Shown: positions 50,111 to 63,416, counted from the stretch's first letter. The stretch is 64,000 nucleotides of DNA from Lama glama (GCA_028534125.1 CM052816.1:101122001-101186000), one strand, 5' to 3'. Program-made: numbers and translations. The notes: generated by a model from the sequence alone, not told the origin.

Positions 50111-52649
50111 TGTACATGTTCTGTCACTAAGGAGGTGAGGAAGGATGTGGCCTGGCCTCTGTCCCCTCCTCATCATCGATCTCCTCCTTCAGGAACATAC
50201 CTTTCCTTTGAAAAGTGAGATTTTTCTTTGTAAATTTGTTGAAAATAATTCAACACACTATTTCTCAAAGTCAACTGGAATGAGTTACTGTGAGCAATTT
50301 TTTTCATAAGACAGCACAGTTTTGAGAATATGTTTTCATATGTGTGCTTTTGGGGGGACATTTTAGGAAGCAAAATTACATGCAAACACTTGCTCTGCAA
50401 ACCCAGCATGTGAAGGAGCTGTGCCTCTGAGTTTCCAAGTCGGTTTGGTTTGCCCAGAGGCCCCCTGAAATGAGCAGCGTCTCAGACTGTGCTCCCCGCC
50501 GAGGACCACCGTCTTCCTGCCAAGGAAGGTGGGACAGGTGACACTGCTAAGGGAGGCGCCGCCTGGATGATGAGACTTTAAATCCCCAGGGGCCCCTTAA
50601 ACCTGCGTCTCCAGGACAGTGGCGTGGATCGCTGGCACGCTGTCGGCGTCACACACTTGTGTGGTGAGGGTGACATTAAATGATCATCGAAAAGTAAATG
50701 AGTCAAAAATTACAAATAAAATATAAAATAATGTCAAGTCTCTGGGTCCTTACTTGACGTCAAACGTCTGTGTCTTTGAGGAAGACGGTTTTATCTGAAA
50801 TCCGAGTCCAAACTCTGTAAAACTAAGACCTCTGTCGAGAAGGCAGCCTGCAGCCGTGAGTGACCACAGGACACCGTCCGTCCTGACACACGAGCAGAGG
50901 GAAAAGCCCATGAGAGTCACGGCCGCAGCCTTCACAGTCCTGACTAGGATCTCGGCCACTGTTTCTTGTGTCTCAATTTTTCTGTCTGTAAAATGGCCCT
51001 ATATCGCCGGAGTGAGGAGGAGGGGAGGGAGGGAGGGAACAAGAGGCCTGGAGGGGAGGGGGAGCCTGGGGAAGGTGCCGTCAGGGGTGGATGAGGGAGC
51101 AGGCGTCACCCGCCAAGGCCAGGAAGGTGGCAGGAGACTCCCGGCCCCAGGAAGCCCAAGGAGAAAGGCTCTGAGGAGGGGCGAGGGCAGCAGCGAGATG
51201 CCCTTGAGCGTCCAGATGCTGACAGACAAGGACCCCGGCGCCACGCAGAGCCCAGGTGGCCACAGGAGGGAGAGGGGTCTGAGGGCACTGGGCTCAGGGC
51301 TTGTCCTGCTCCAGCTCTCGGGGGAGACGGGTGCTGTGGTGCCCACCATCCAGAGAAGGCCACCTTCTGCTGCCCTGGGCACACAACACTGCCACTTCTG
51401 GTCAGTTCTGGGCCCACGTGGGGTCGCCAGAGAAAAGCCTGTGCTGAGGGCACCAAACCGACCCAGGCTGGGAGAGACGTTGGCCGGGTCACCAGCTCCC
51501 GGGCAGCCGGCTCGGCAACGACGCCCCAAGGGCCAGGACGCTGGATGGAGCTGGACGCCTGCAACAGACACTTTCATGGCCAGTGCCCGGGCCTCTGCTG
51601 GCCTGGGGAGGAGGGAAGGCTCTGGAAGGCCCTCCAGCCAGAAGCCACGTTCACCCTCACTCAGACGGAGAAACAGGACTTCCACTGGGCGCTCGGGGAC
51701 ACTGAGGTGTCCGTGTCAGCTTTGTTTCAAGGAGCCATCAGTGTACATTCCTTAGTCTATACCACAGTGCTTCCCTGGGTTTCTGTATTGGGTGTGCACC
51801 TTGAAACCAAACTGACTGCAGAGGAAGTGACTCTCCTGTGCACAGGACCCACCCCGCAGGTGTGTGCACTGGCTTTTAGCTGGTTGACCTGCATCGATGT
51901 TGTGTTTCGACACGTTGAAGTCCCCAAATAGGCAATATTTTCTTCCTTTTGTCCAACCTGCAGCAGTGCTGAGTTGAATACGAAAGCACAGCAGGGAATA
52001 CTTCACGGTCTTAGAAACTCATTCGCCTGCACAGTCACCTCTGCCGCGTTGGCAGTTGTTCCCTGCACAGGGGTGGGGGTCCTGGGGCAGAACTCGGGCC
52101 CAGCGGCCCTGTCCCCCGGCTCGCCGGGAGCACTGCAGCTGGACGCCTCCCTCCCGGGGGCTCCCAGCAGATGCCTGCAGGTGCTCGATCGGCCAGGCTT
52201 GGGCAGTTTTGGAGAAGACGCTGAGGACTGGGACAGTCTGCAGCAAACTGGTTGCTTGGGCATCTTAAGGCCAGATGTGTATGGAAACTGCCCTAAAGGG
52301 CCTGTCGAGCAAACGTAATGAGGACGGTGGGGAACTTGCAGTGAGACAAAGCCTGAGGGCAAGAGGGGCTGCCGGCCCGCGGGCGAACTCGCTCCCCAGA
52401 GCTGGTGGAATCGTGAGGGTTCCTGAGCCGTCCTTTGCAGACTCACTAGGCTGCTTTTGGAAGAGGGCACCTTGGTTGAGCCGCTTCCACGGAGGTGGTA
52501 ACCCCCAGCCCGTGAGGAAGGGAGCCCTGAGCTCTGATCTCAACAGAGTGATGCCGTGGACAGAGGGGTCACGTGGAGCCGACACACACTGCCTTTTATC
52601 TTTAACATCTAGTCATGGATTTTGCCAAAATTGCCCAAGATTAGCTGGC

Positions 52650-52830
52650 TGCAGTGGGCTGGACGGTGTCCCCCCAAAAAAGACGTGCCCAAGTCCCGCT
52701 CCCCAGGACCTGCGGATGTGACCTTATTTGGAAACAGGTCTTTGCAGGTGAAACTAAGGTAAAAGCTCGAGGTGAGATCCTCCTGAGTCAGAGTGAGCCT
52801 TGCGTCCCTCTAGGAGGAAGAGAAGGGCGA
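52650..52830 (+). mobile_element. MLT1D-like LTR 5' fragment
   Basis: gtgggctggacggtgtcccccaaaaaagacgtgcccaagtcc ... atgtgaccttatttggaaacaggtctttgcag. Confidence 0.8.
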
Positions 52831-52849
52831 TTAAAGGCCCATGGGCACT

Positions 52850-55800
52850 ACGCTCTGATTATTAAAGAATCTGAATTTGAATTAAAAGGGCTCCAGAAAG
52901 ACAACGACACCAGCTGGCTTCATGGGAACCCCCACCAAACATCTGAGGAAGAGGTGATGCCGGCGCCACGCAAACTCGCCCAGAAACTCCGGAAGAGCTA
53001 AACAGCCCTTCCTAAAGGCCGGCGCTGTGCTGGCACCGAAGCCAGACGTGGACGCTGCAGGAGAGGACACTGCGCCTGCTCGAATACACAGGCACGTCAC
53101 CATTTAAAGTGTCTGCACACAGCCTCCAGCAGCGTAAGGAAAAGGATAACGCACTTTGCCCAAGTGGGAAACACAGGGCTGTCCACTGTCACCACTTCTG
53201 TCCAACAGTTCACGCAGGGTTCCAGCCAGTAAGAGAAGTAAAGGGATCCAAGTCAGAACATGAGAACGGGAGGAGTGAAATGCCTTTATTTGCAGAGAGC
53301 ACGGTCTCCTGCCTAGAAGACACGGAGCTCACGAGAGAGAACTCACAAGTGAGCCTAGTCAGTTCATGACATGAGATCTGCACGAGAAGTAAGGTGCCCT
53401 CCTCCACACGAGCAATGAACGATCAGAACGGACGTCTCACGTGTCCTGTGCAGCAGCACCAAAAACTCAACACGCTGTGGTGAACCCGACAGGAGGCGGT
53501 CGAGGTCTCCACTCCGAGAGCCGAGGGGAGCGAAGAAAATGTGAACAAGCTGCGACTCACGCACACCGACGGACCACAAGGCTCGATGTTGCTCAGGTGT
53601 CACTTCTCCCAAAGTGACCCGTAATCCCGAGCAACACAGTCCCACTCAGAATGACAGAAGGGTCTTCTGTGGAAAGTCACGGCTGGTTCTAAGATTCACG
53701 TGGAAAATGGAAAGGACCTGGGACAACTGGACTGACTTTCAAAAAGGAAAACCAGGCCTGAGGACCAGCACTGAGCAACCTCAAGACGTGTTGTGAGGCT
53801 CCCGCGATCAAGGCGGGGCGGGCTGGGCGCTGAAACGGATAAATAGATCAACGGGCGGACAGACCGCCCAGCAACAGAAGCACGTGCATGCGGTCAGCTG
53901 GCTCCTGACAAAGGTGCACGTGCAATTCCGCGGGGAAACGGTAGTGTTTACCATAAATGGTACGGAACCACAGATGCCACGTGCAAAAAATTTTTAAAAC
54001 CATATATATATTATATGTATATATGTATGTATATGTATAATATCATATAAAAATAGCTCAGGAAGGATTATATACTTAAATGTACAATATAAAATTATAA
54101 AAGTTTTTGAAGAGAATAGGTGAAAGTATTTGTGACCTTGAGTTAAGCAGGATTCTTTAGATATGACACTAAAAAGCAGGATTCATTTTTAAATGATAGC
54201 TTTAAAAACAATCACAAAAGACATAGCTAAAAACAAATATAATTCTATGTGCTCAAGTTGGGGCTCATCCAGAAAAACAAGGTTGGTTTAAGGTTGGAAC
54301 ATCAACCAATTTAATCCAACATATTAACTGAATGAAGGAGAAGAACTATAGGACAGAGCTTTGACAGAACGACAAGAACTCTCAGCAAACCGGGAACAGA
54401 AGGCAACGTCCCCCACTTTACTAAATGTGCCTCTGAAAATGCACAGCTAACGTCCAGACCGAAGTTTTCCCCTTAAATTGGTAACGAGGCACCACTCTGA
54501 TCAGCACTGGGTAGCGGGTGTCAGTCAGTGCAAGGAGATAACAGCCACGAAGGCACACGTGATGAGGAGGAAAAATAAAACCGTTTTCCTCCCCAGGTAG
54601 CGTGGCTGTGAGTGGGGAGAGTCCTAAGGAACCTACAAACATGCTACAGGATTAATGCATGAACTTAGCAAGGGCGAAGCACACACCGCAAACATAACGG
54701 AATTCAGCTGTGGTTCTGGACACTAGCAACAGACTCTGGAAACTGAAATAGAAACAATCTCGTTTACAACAGCATCAAAACAATACAATGAAGGGCAGCA
54801 TTAGACAAGCAGAGGTGAGACCTGCAGACGATAAGCAAGAGTGATGAAACGCTGCTGAGAAAATGAAAGACAACCTAGATCAACGCGATGCGCACCACAC
54901 TCGGGGACGGGCAACCGCGTTACCAAGAGGTTGATCTTCCCAAACCGACCAGCAGATTCAACACAATCTCATGAGAAATCCCAACAAGTGTTTCTGGGAT
55001 ACTAACAAATTCATTCTGAAGTTTATATGGGAAGCGAAAGGCTCCAGGTGGGTCAAAGCAGTTTTGGCAGAGGAACACTTGGAGGACTCACATTATCTAA
55101 TTTCAAGGCTTAACCTAAAGCGTCAGTAATCATGGCGGTGTGATACCAGCACGGGTGTCAGAATGCAGGGTCCAGAGACCGACCCACATGTGCATGTCAC
55201 AGAGCTGTCGAGGGAAGTCAATAGGGCGAGGATGTTCACACTGACAAACGGTGCCGGACATGCAGCCTCCATCCTCACTCCAGGCCCCCCCAAGCGTTAG
55301 CTTGAAATGGAATGCAGACCTGTAATGTGAAAGCTAAAACTATACAACTTCTGAAATCAGGAAATCTTTTTTGTTTTACTCATTATTTTTTACTGAAGTA
55401 CCGCTGATGTCCAATATTATACAAAGTACAGGTGTCCCATGCAGTAATTCACAGTTTTCAAAGGTTCTACCCCATTTACCGTTACTATAAAATACTGGCC
55501 GCAGTCCCCGTGCTGCACAATATATCCTTGGCTTATTTATTTTGTACATCGTGGCTTGTACCTCTTAACCCCCTACGCCTACACCGCCCCCCACAACTGG
55601 TAACCATCAGTTTGTTCTCTACCGTGAGACTGTTTACTTTTTGTTATAGTCACTAGCTGTGTTGCATTTTTTAGATTCTGCAAGTGCGTGATGTCACGCA
55701 GTATTGGTCTTTCTCCGTCTGACTTAGGAAATGAGAAAATCTTAATGACCTTGGTGTAGGTAAATACTTCCAAAACAGGATATAAAAAGCATGATTCATA

Positions 55801-55870
55801 AGAGAAATACATTGATAAACTGGACTTCATCAAAATTTAAAACATCCTTTTTGAAAGACGCTGTTGATAC
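52850..55870 (+). mobile_element. Fragmented L1 ORF2 remnants (several pieces), interrupted by an antisense L1 3' end at 55385-55726
   Basis: ccaaacatctgaggaagaggtgatgcc, ctggttctaagattcacgtggaaaatggaaagg, tttgtgaccttgagttaagcaggattcttagatatgacactaaaa, attgataaactggacttcatcaaaatttaaaac. Confidence 0.85.
55385..55726 (-). mobile_element. L1 3' UTR fragment nested in the older L1
   Basis: tttttactgaagtaccgctgatgtccaatattatac ... ctggtaaccatcagtttgttctcta ... tttttagattc ... tctttctccgtctgactta. Confidence 0.85.
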
Positions 55871-56100
55871 CTACCAGACCGTGCCACCACCAGTGACTGA
55901 AAACCACACCATCGATTGTTTTTCAGGATTCTGTGGTTCTCCTGGACGCTTGCTCTCTGCACGTGCTGGGGTCCGACACTCAGCTGCATCGTCCTGGGGC
56001 CGTGTCCCCCTGGGGCAGGAGCATCCTCCAGGGCCCCTCCTCCCCGCCGTCTAACGTGAGCCACAAACAATTAGAAAGAGTGACTTTAAAAAAATTCCTT

Positions 56101-56348
56101 GGGGGAAAGGTTGGGAGAGGGATCAAACAGGAGTTTGGGATTAACAGATACACACTACTCTACATAAAATAAATAGACAGCAAGGATCTGCTGTAGAGCA
56201 CAGGGAATAGTATTCCATTTCTTGTAATAACATACAATGGAAAAGAATCTGAAAAGAAAAACAATTATATATATGCATATGTATAACTGGATCTCTTTGC
56301 TGTACATCTGAATCTAACAGTATAAATCAACTACACTTCAATAAAAAA
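56101..56348 (+). mobile_element. L1 3' UTR end (near-consensus, AT-rich)
   Basis: ggagtttgggattaacagatacacactac ... aatggaaaagaatctgaaaa ... aaatcaactacacttcAATAAAaaa. Confidence 0.9.
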
Positions 56349-58559
56349 CTTTTAGATTTTTCAATAGATTCCTTTATTTTACCACCGCAAAATTACAACA
56401 CATCCAGGAATTAATCTGGTAAAATGTGAAATCTTTGTGTAGAAAAAAATTTCAAACACTATCAAAGAACTAAAAAGAAGACCTAAATAAATGAGAGAAT
56501 AACTATTGGTGAAAAAACAGTGCTTGAAATTGCAAAGCACCTGTGTGTTCGTATTGACTGCTCTTTTATTTTCTGTATTTCCTGACTCACTGACGTCTTG
56601 GGGCCTTGCTGCCGCTGGAGGGATGCTCTTAGGGTTACTCCTCCGGGAGCGCACCTTCCAGATGCAGACCAGCCAGTCCGGAGCCCACAGCCCAGCCCTC
56701 TCCTCTGTGGGGCACCCACATCGGGGCGCTGAGCCCTGCCTTCACCACTCCAGGCCAGGTCTAGACCACTGGGGACAGCCCTTGACTTCCCCACCCACTC
56801 AGGACCCTCAGCCTCAGCAGTGACTGTCTTCCTCTCCAGCTGTAGTCCCCAACCGACTCCCAGCCCATCCCTTCACCTGACCCAGGATCCTTCAGGACCG
56901 AGATGGGGCCACAACAGCGGTTTCAGCCTCCCCTGCAGGGCTGGCTCTTTGCCTTCACGCCCCAAGCCCCTCCCTAAAGAGCCCTCCTGGCTCCTAACCC
57001 CCTCCCCCATCCTCTATCACACAGCTTCCCAGAAAGAGGCTCTTAAATCTCCCCGTCCACACCACAGCTCACCACGGGCTGGTCTCAACTGCTGATCCCA
57101 CTGCTGAGTGGCCATTCCAGGTTTACCCTGGTCATCCTCCCAAGGAGGTAACTTCAGACTCACCCCCGACTCCCTGGCCCTGCTGTCCACGGACTCGCCC
57201 CTTCTGTGGTCCCTTCTGGGCCACGCTGTCCTGGATGCTTCCACCCTCCTGGGCCACTCAGGTCCCCAGGGCCCTGCGGTTTTGATGAGGTGAGTGTCCT
57301 TCAGTTTGCACCCTCCACCCAGCTTCCTCTCCCGCCGCACAGCCCGTCGCCCAGCCCACCAGCTCTCCCAGCTCGGCTGGCTCGTTTCTGTAGTCAGAGC
57401 AATTGGCAACTGAATGGCTGATGGCTTCGGAGACAAGGGAAATGGGGCCTACTGGAGCTCACCAGCAAATCCCCAGGCTTCTGGGTCATCGCGACACAGG
57501 GGAAGAGGCAGACGCTGCTCTGTTTGTCTGCAGGTGTGACAGCCAAGGTCCCGAGGAGAGGCAACCTGCCCAGGTCAAGCGTAAGGCTTTGAAGAAGTTT
57601 GGACCCTGCCCTGCTCTCTCCCTTCCACACTGACGGTGTGTGTAGGATGCCGCAGACGTCAGCAGGACCATGGCCTCCCTTTGGGTCCCCGGGCTCTCCT
57701 CTCTCCATCGAAACACAGAAGGGCCCTCGGCATGGCGATACTTCACCATGTCGTCCACGAGGGTGCAGGCTGGGTTCTCGGAGGGTCAACCACTCCTGAC
57801 CCACTACCCAGGCAGAACACAGGTGCCCCCCAGGAGCCCAGGGCCTTGGAGAGGTCAGGCAGGCAGCCCCAGAGCACTCCAGAAGAGCTGGGCTCCTCCC
57901 CGCGGTTCCAGGCGTCCACGTGTGACCTGACGGGGCTGCAGCTGTACGCCAGCCTCTCCTCACCCGCCGCCCATGCCAGCTCACGCCTTCCGTCTCCTGC
58001 CTGTCAGGGCCGCAGGGAGAGACGTGCAGAAATGTAGCTGTTCTCACTGCAAAAGGTTTGAGGTGAAGTTTTGAAATTTATAAATTTTGAAGAGGGAGCT
58101 ATTTTGCTTTTGCCCTGGTCAGTGCTGTGCCACAAATAGGGACCCCCAGCACCCCCCTTCACCCACAGGTGTTATTCCATGAACCAGAGTCCTTAGGGAA
58201 TGGGAACAATTCATCACCCGCTTCTCAGACCACTGGGTCCCAGTCTGCACGTGCCGGGGCCCACCATCCGAATGGACCCTGTGGCCCGAGAGGACCTGGA
58301 GAGTCCGGGATGAGGCCTGCCCTCAGGGGCTCCTAGAGCAGCTCACAGCCAGGACTGGCAGGACCACGGAGCAGCGCAGGGGAGCCCTTCTGAGGACAGG
58401 ACAGACGGAAGAAAAGCCGCGGGAGCTGGGTCTGGGGCGGGGACCCAGTGGAACCTCCTGCAGGCCTGTCACACGTGCGGCCTGGCTGGGGCCCGTTCCT
58501 CGTGTGCGTCGGGATTTGGGCAGCTGGGGCGGCCTAGCGCCAGGACTGCCGGGGGGCTC

Positions 58560-59900
58560 CTCACCCACACGCCATGGGAGCGCGTGCCCTCCTGGTCTTC
58601 TGTCCCCGTGTCGCTGACTCTCCCTTCCCCCCACGGCCCCGCCCCCGGGTCCGTACCCTGAGCGGCGGAAGGGGGCGACGTGGCGGGCCGCACTGCGCTG
58701 GGGGCCGGATCTCCCCTTCTCGGGGACCAGGCCCGCTGGCAAAGCCCAGTGGTCCGGCCACAGCAGGAGGCTCTCCGCCAGGGCCTCGGCGCCCCTGGGA
58801 ACGGGTCGGCCTTGGTCCCCGCGAGCTAACCCAGGCGCAGGGCGCGCGGCGGGGGAGCGCGGGGGGTACTGCCTCTCGGGGCCCTGGGGAGGCGGGGCTC
58901 ACGCGGAGCCCCTCCCGAGCCCGCCCCGCCCCGCCCACGTCATGCCGCTGCCCTTCCTGCGCCTGCGCGGCCGGGCTCCCGGCCCGCTCCTGCCGCCGCG
59001 CATCCTCTGCCCGCGCCCGGCTCCCCGCGCCCACCTCCGCGCCCCGCTCGGTCCCCAGCTCCGCACCCCGCTCCGCGCCTGGCCCCGCGCCCCGCGCCCC
59101 TCGCGGCGGGCGGCGCGGCCATGAGGCTGCGGGGACGCGATTCCCGCGCCGCCCCCGCCTCCAGCGCGGGGACCAGCGACGCGCGGCGGCTGGCGCCCCC
59201 GGGGCGGAACCCTTTCGTACACGAGCTGCGCCTCAGCGCCCTGCAGAAGGCCCAGGTGGGTGCCCGCCGTGTGCCCGACACGCCCCGGGCCCGGGGCTGC
59301 GCCGAGGGTCCGGGATGCGCGGCCGGAGGGGGCTGGGAAGGGGACCGCGGGCGCGGCCCAGCCTCGCGGCCCCGGGCCCCAGGACCCGCGATCGCCACAC
59401 TCCCCTGAGGCCCGCAACCCGCATCCTCGCCGCCCTCGCCCCATCCTCCGGTTCCCGCCGCCGGTGCCCCGAACCTGGCTCCGCATCCCCAGTCCCTAGG
59501 TCCCCGCACGCGGCCCTATCCCCCTTTCCCTGATCCCTGGATCCCTGGCCCCTGCACCCCGACCTCAGACCTGCACGCAGGTCGGCCGCGCCCCGCAGCC
59601 CTTGGTCCGGGCTCCCGTTCCCGCTGCGTTCCGGTCCCGCGCGGTACCGGAGCGGCTCCCCCGGATGTGACTTGGTCCCTTGGTGCGCTTGGTGTGTGGG
59701 GACCTCGCTGGTCACGTGAGTCATTGCCAGTGGCAGTGTGGTGCGGACTGTGCGGGGTGCCCTGCCGGTAACTGGCGGGAAGACGTCGGCCTCTGCGTTT
59801 GCGAGTTGTTCCCGGGGCCCGCGTGGGGCTGGGCTTGCGGCCCGACTCGGTCGTGCACAGCCTGGTCCCCCTGGGCAACAGCGTGCGGGCGCGTCTGCTC
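58560..59900 (+). promoter_or_regulatory. LPCAT1: LPCAT1 CpG-island promoter / first exon
   Basis: Very high GC and CpG density around exon 1; tandem GC boxes ccgccccgccccgccc (58921-58936); CACGTCA (58936-58942); NRF1-like TGCGCCTGCGC (58958-58968); no TATA box seen. Confidence 0.9.
59121..59255 (+). CDS. LPCAT1: LPCAT1 coding exon 1 (lysophosphatidylcholine acyltransferase 1)
   Basis: Translates to MRLRGRDSRAAPASSAGTSDARRLAPPGRNPFVHELRLSALQKAQ, closely matching the recalled human N-terminus (MRLRGCGPRAAPASSAGASDARLLAPPGRNPFVHELRLSALQKAQ). Start context gcggccATG; 135 nt ending in a phase-0 donor CAG|gtgggt; lies in a CpG island. Confidence 0.97.
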
Positions 59901-62237
59901 CCCACGTTTAGCCTGTTGAGGGGCCCGGCCCTGGCGGAGGGGTGGCCGCTGCAGGACTTGGGGTCCCCACGCTTGTGCCTTCCCTTCGCGTGGCTCCTGG
60001 CCTGGAGGGACGCTTCCCCGAGCCGGTGGGGCCTGCGAGCTGGCCTTGCGGACTCTGGTGGTGAGCTGGGTTTGCGCTTCTGTAAGTTGCTCTTCTGACT
60101 CCAAAACTGAACGTCGAAGCAGAGAAGTTTCCGGTCTGCAGCGTCTGTCCAGACGGTGGGGACTGTATCTCCGACTGTGACGGAACTCTTCTGGGGGGAG
60201 ATTGACGTGTTTTTTAATGTGTAAGGTCATTCATTTGAAACAATATTGGAGTGAGAAGTCTTGAACTCAGTCTAAAGCTGTCATTTTCCAGATGCCTGAC
60301 TTCCCCTCAGTGCCTTCTTTGGCGCGTTCAGCTGTTGTCGGTGGGAGAAGAAACAGGCAGCGAAGACTGAGGCGAGGGAAGAGCGGATAGGGTGGCGGAC
60401 CTCCTGGGACGCGAAAGGGCAGGGCTGTGCTCCGCTGGTCCCTGTGCGTGTCAGGAGCAGACACCAGCTCCACTCGCCCGTGTGGTCTGCCGGCACCTCG
60501 TCCACTGCCGGGTGCTCTGCCCGGCGTCCGCAGCCCCTTCCTCTGGGCTCCTGAGCAGGTGCGCCCTGTGATCCAGCGGGGCCTTCCTCCCACGGCTCTG
60601 CTGCTTAGAGCCCGCTGGGGTGAGTGCCTCCGGGCTGGGGCCCTGACCCCTCATCCCTGCCCGGGCCTGGCTGGTCACCCGGCCTCCCGCTGTTGTCCCC
60701 CCGTCTGGCCGCTCTCTCCTGGCCACTCTGCAGCTCCCTCGGGCCCGCGGTGAAACAGCACCTCTGAGAGGGGCCCCCTCCACCCTGATGGCCCCCCCTG
60801 AGCTCCCACCACGCCAGGAGCCTCTGGTCCTGCGGGTGCATGGGGGCCAGGTCTGTCCTGGCCAGGACTCTGTGCTCACTGCCCCCAGGGGAGAGGGGTC
60901 CACTGCAGAGAGTCAGCTGGTTGCTGAGAGAATAAACAAGGGGAGGGGACAGACGTCAGCTCCCTCGGGCGGGGTCACGGCGTTGTACGGTTTGGAGCAA
61001 CTCCTGTGGGCTGTTCTTGCCCGAGCGTCGCGAGAATGCAAGAGCGGACCGGGCGGGTGGGTGTCTTCCCCTCCAGCGAGGGAGGGACGCTTTGTGTGTG
61101 TGTGCCTTGTTGCAGCGTTTCAGGGGCCGTTTCAGAATCATCTTGGCATCTTTGTAACCAAGTCCTGCTCCTGTTCCGAGGCCTGCAGTGTGAGGCCAAG
61201 GGTGTGTAGCCTGAATTTACCCTCCACGTTCCAAGCCCCGCTCTGTGGAAACATTTTGCTTTTCACCAAAAACACTCTGCAAAGCGTTTCCCCTTTACGT
61301 ACTGCGTTATGGTAGAGTTTCCGCAGAGTGAACTGGCCAAGCCAAGCAAAGAAAGCTGCCTCCCCAAATCAGTAAGTAGATGGAACCTGCAACGTCTGAG
61401 ACCCCCCAGGGCGCTGAGCTGTGAGCGCAGATGGCCCAGCGAGTGTGCCTGTGTTACCTGCTGGCATTGGCTGTGGGGGAGGGGCTGCCCGTGCCTGGGG
61501 GTGAATGGCTGGTCCGTCCGTCTGTCACTTAACTGCACATTTGGTGAGGAGCTTAAGCATCTCTTTGGAGGGAGAACCACACGTTAAGATCAGAGCAACC
61601 GTGACTGGTAGAAACTTAGTGGCAGATCGCAGGGTGCTTTGTTGGTCTGGGAGTCACGCAGGGGTGTTACGTCACTCCGGCCTTTTGGTACTTCCCGTTG
61701 GAAGCCGTGGTCATGGGCACATCCCCACTTCAGCTCTGTCACTTCCCCGTTTCTGAATTCCCTGTAACCAGTGTCAGTGAGGATTTACTTCCTGGAAAGC
61801 AGCCTGGTTTCCCAGACACTTTGGAACCAAGTCCTTGGAGGCGAGGCCACTGTGTGCACCCCTCCCCCGGCCAGTCCGTAGGGAGGTTTACCAGGAGGGG
61901 TGACTCTAGGGACAGGCCTGTGCAGTGGCCTGCGTGGAGTGGGCGATGTCTTTCTCCGAGTTGTTATCCGAATGCCCGAGTTCTGATAAAAGGACAGCAG
62001 CAAGCACCCCAATGTCTCAGCCTGGGTCTGTGTTAGGGGTGGCGGCCCTGGAGCAGGGCTTCCAGGCTGCTCCCCGAGGGGGTGCCTGATGGTGGCACTG
62101 GTGCATCTGTGCCCAGAGGTCCTGGTGACTCCAGCGTCCTTGCCGCTGGGAGGCAGGGTTGGGGGGGCGCCGTGTCCCCTTACCCAGGTGAGGGGCGCAG
62201 GCCCAGGTGCTGTGCTGACCCCGCACCCCGGGCGGTG

Positions 62238-62737
62238 NNNNNNNNNNNNNNNNNNNNNNNNNNNNNNNNNNNNNNNNNNNNNNNNNNNNNNNNNNNNNNN
62301 NNNNNNNNNNNNNNNNNNNNNNNNNNNNNNNNNNNNNNNNNNNNNNNNNNNNNNNNNNNNNNNNNNNNNNNNNNNNNNNNNNNNNNNNNNNNNNNNNNNN
62401 NNNNNNNNNNNNNNNNNNNNNNNNNNNNNNNNNNNNNNNNNNNNNNNNNNNNNNNNNNNNNNNNNNNNNNNNNNNNNNNNNNNNNNNNNNNNNNNNNNNN
62501 NNNNNNNNNNNNNNNNNNNNNNNNNNNNNNNNNNNNNNNNNNNNNNNNNNNNNNNNNNNNNNNNNNNNNNNNNNNNNNNNNNNNNNNNNNNNNNNNNNNN
62601 NNNNNNNNNNNNNNNNNNNNNNNNNNNNNNNNNNNNNNNNNNNNNNNNNNNNNNNNNNNNNNNNNNNNNNNNNNNNNNNNNNNNNNNNNNNNNNNNNNNN
62701 NNNNNNNNNNNNNNNNNNNNNNNNNNNNNNNNNNNNN
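62238..62737. other. Assembly gap (500 N), probable scaffold join
   Basis: Exactly 500 N; LPCAT1 orientation switches across it. Confidence 0.99.
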
Positions 62738-63381
62738 CCCCACTGTCCCCCCTTTCCCTGGCTGTCCCCTTCCCTGGCTGTACCCACCAGCTGCCCCCCA
62801 CCCCCCGGCTGTCCCCAGGCAGCCCTAGTGCAGACCACACAGGCCCTACAGTGTACTTGTCACTTCCAGCCCCAAGCCCAGGCCACCAGCACCCAAAGGG
62901 CCTCCTCCCTAGGCCTTCTCCCAGTCCCCACTCTCTCCTCATCACCCTCCCTCCACCTCCTGCCTCCGTGGCAGCACCACTGCCTCTTGAACGTCAGCTC
63001 ACACGTTGGCACCTGGACCCCTGTGTGCCTCTTGCAGCCACGCAAGAGGTGGGTCCTGGGTTCCCCTGTCTTCTCTGGGGTCGAAATGTGATGGTGATCA
63101 CTGAGCTGACAGACAGGCGGGAAGAGACGTGCTCAGTTACCTTCCCGCCAGGGCTGAAGACAATTAAGTTAAGTCCCGGAATCCAGGAGTGTGAGAAAGG
63201 CCAGCCTCGTGCTGCAAGAGCTGAATTAGCCTCACGGGGCTGAACCGAGCTGCGGTCCAGCAGCAGCGGGCCACGTGCTCCGCGTCCACATTTGCTACAG
63301 TGATCGGCACGGCAGTCACTCGAGCGGGCCTGCGTTTTCCCGCAGGACAGGACAAATAAGACAGCACGGGGTCTGACTTAC

Positions 63382-63416
63382 GCTCCAGGTCCTTGCCACG
63401 TCCACGTGATGGTGTC
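63382..63416 (-). CDS. LPCAT1: LPCAT1 internal exon (35 nt, equivalent to human exon 7), inverted relative to exon 1
   Basis: Minus strand reads cacctttcttgcccccag|GACACCATCACGTGGACGTGGCAAGGACCTGGAGC|gtaagt = DTITWTWQGPG(A), identical to the recalled LPCAT1 segment ...YPNKL-DTITWTWQGPGA-LEILWL; canonical acceptor and donor. Confidence 0.93.

Noticed and set aside
59256-62237. LPCAT1 exon 2 or later exons on the + strand
   Set aside because: No VALMTLTLFPVRLL-like peptide in any frame that I could find; this is intron 1. Exon 8 (LEILWLTLCQF) is also not visible in 62738-63381.
61785-63243. Long ORFs spanning the N gap (also around 4384-5236)
   Set aside because: Artefacts of translating N as X.
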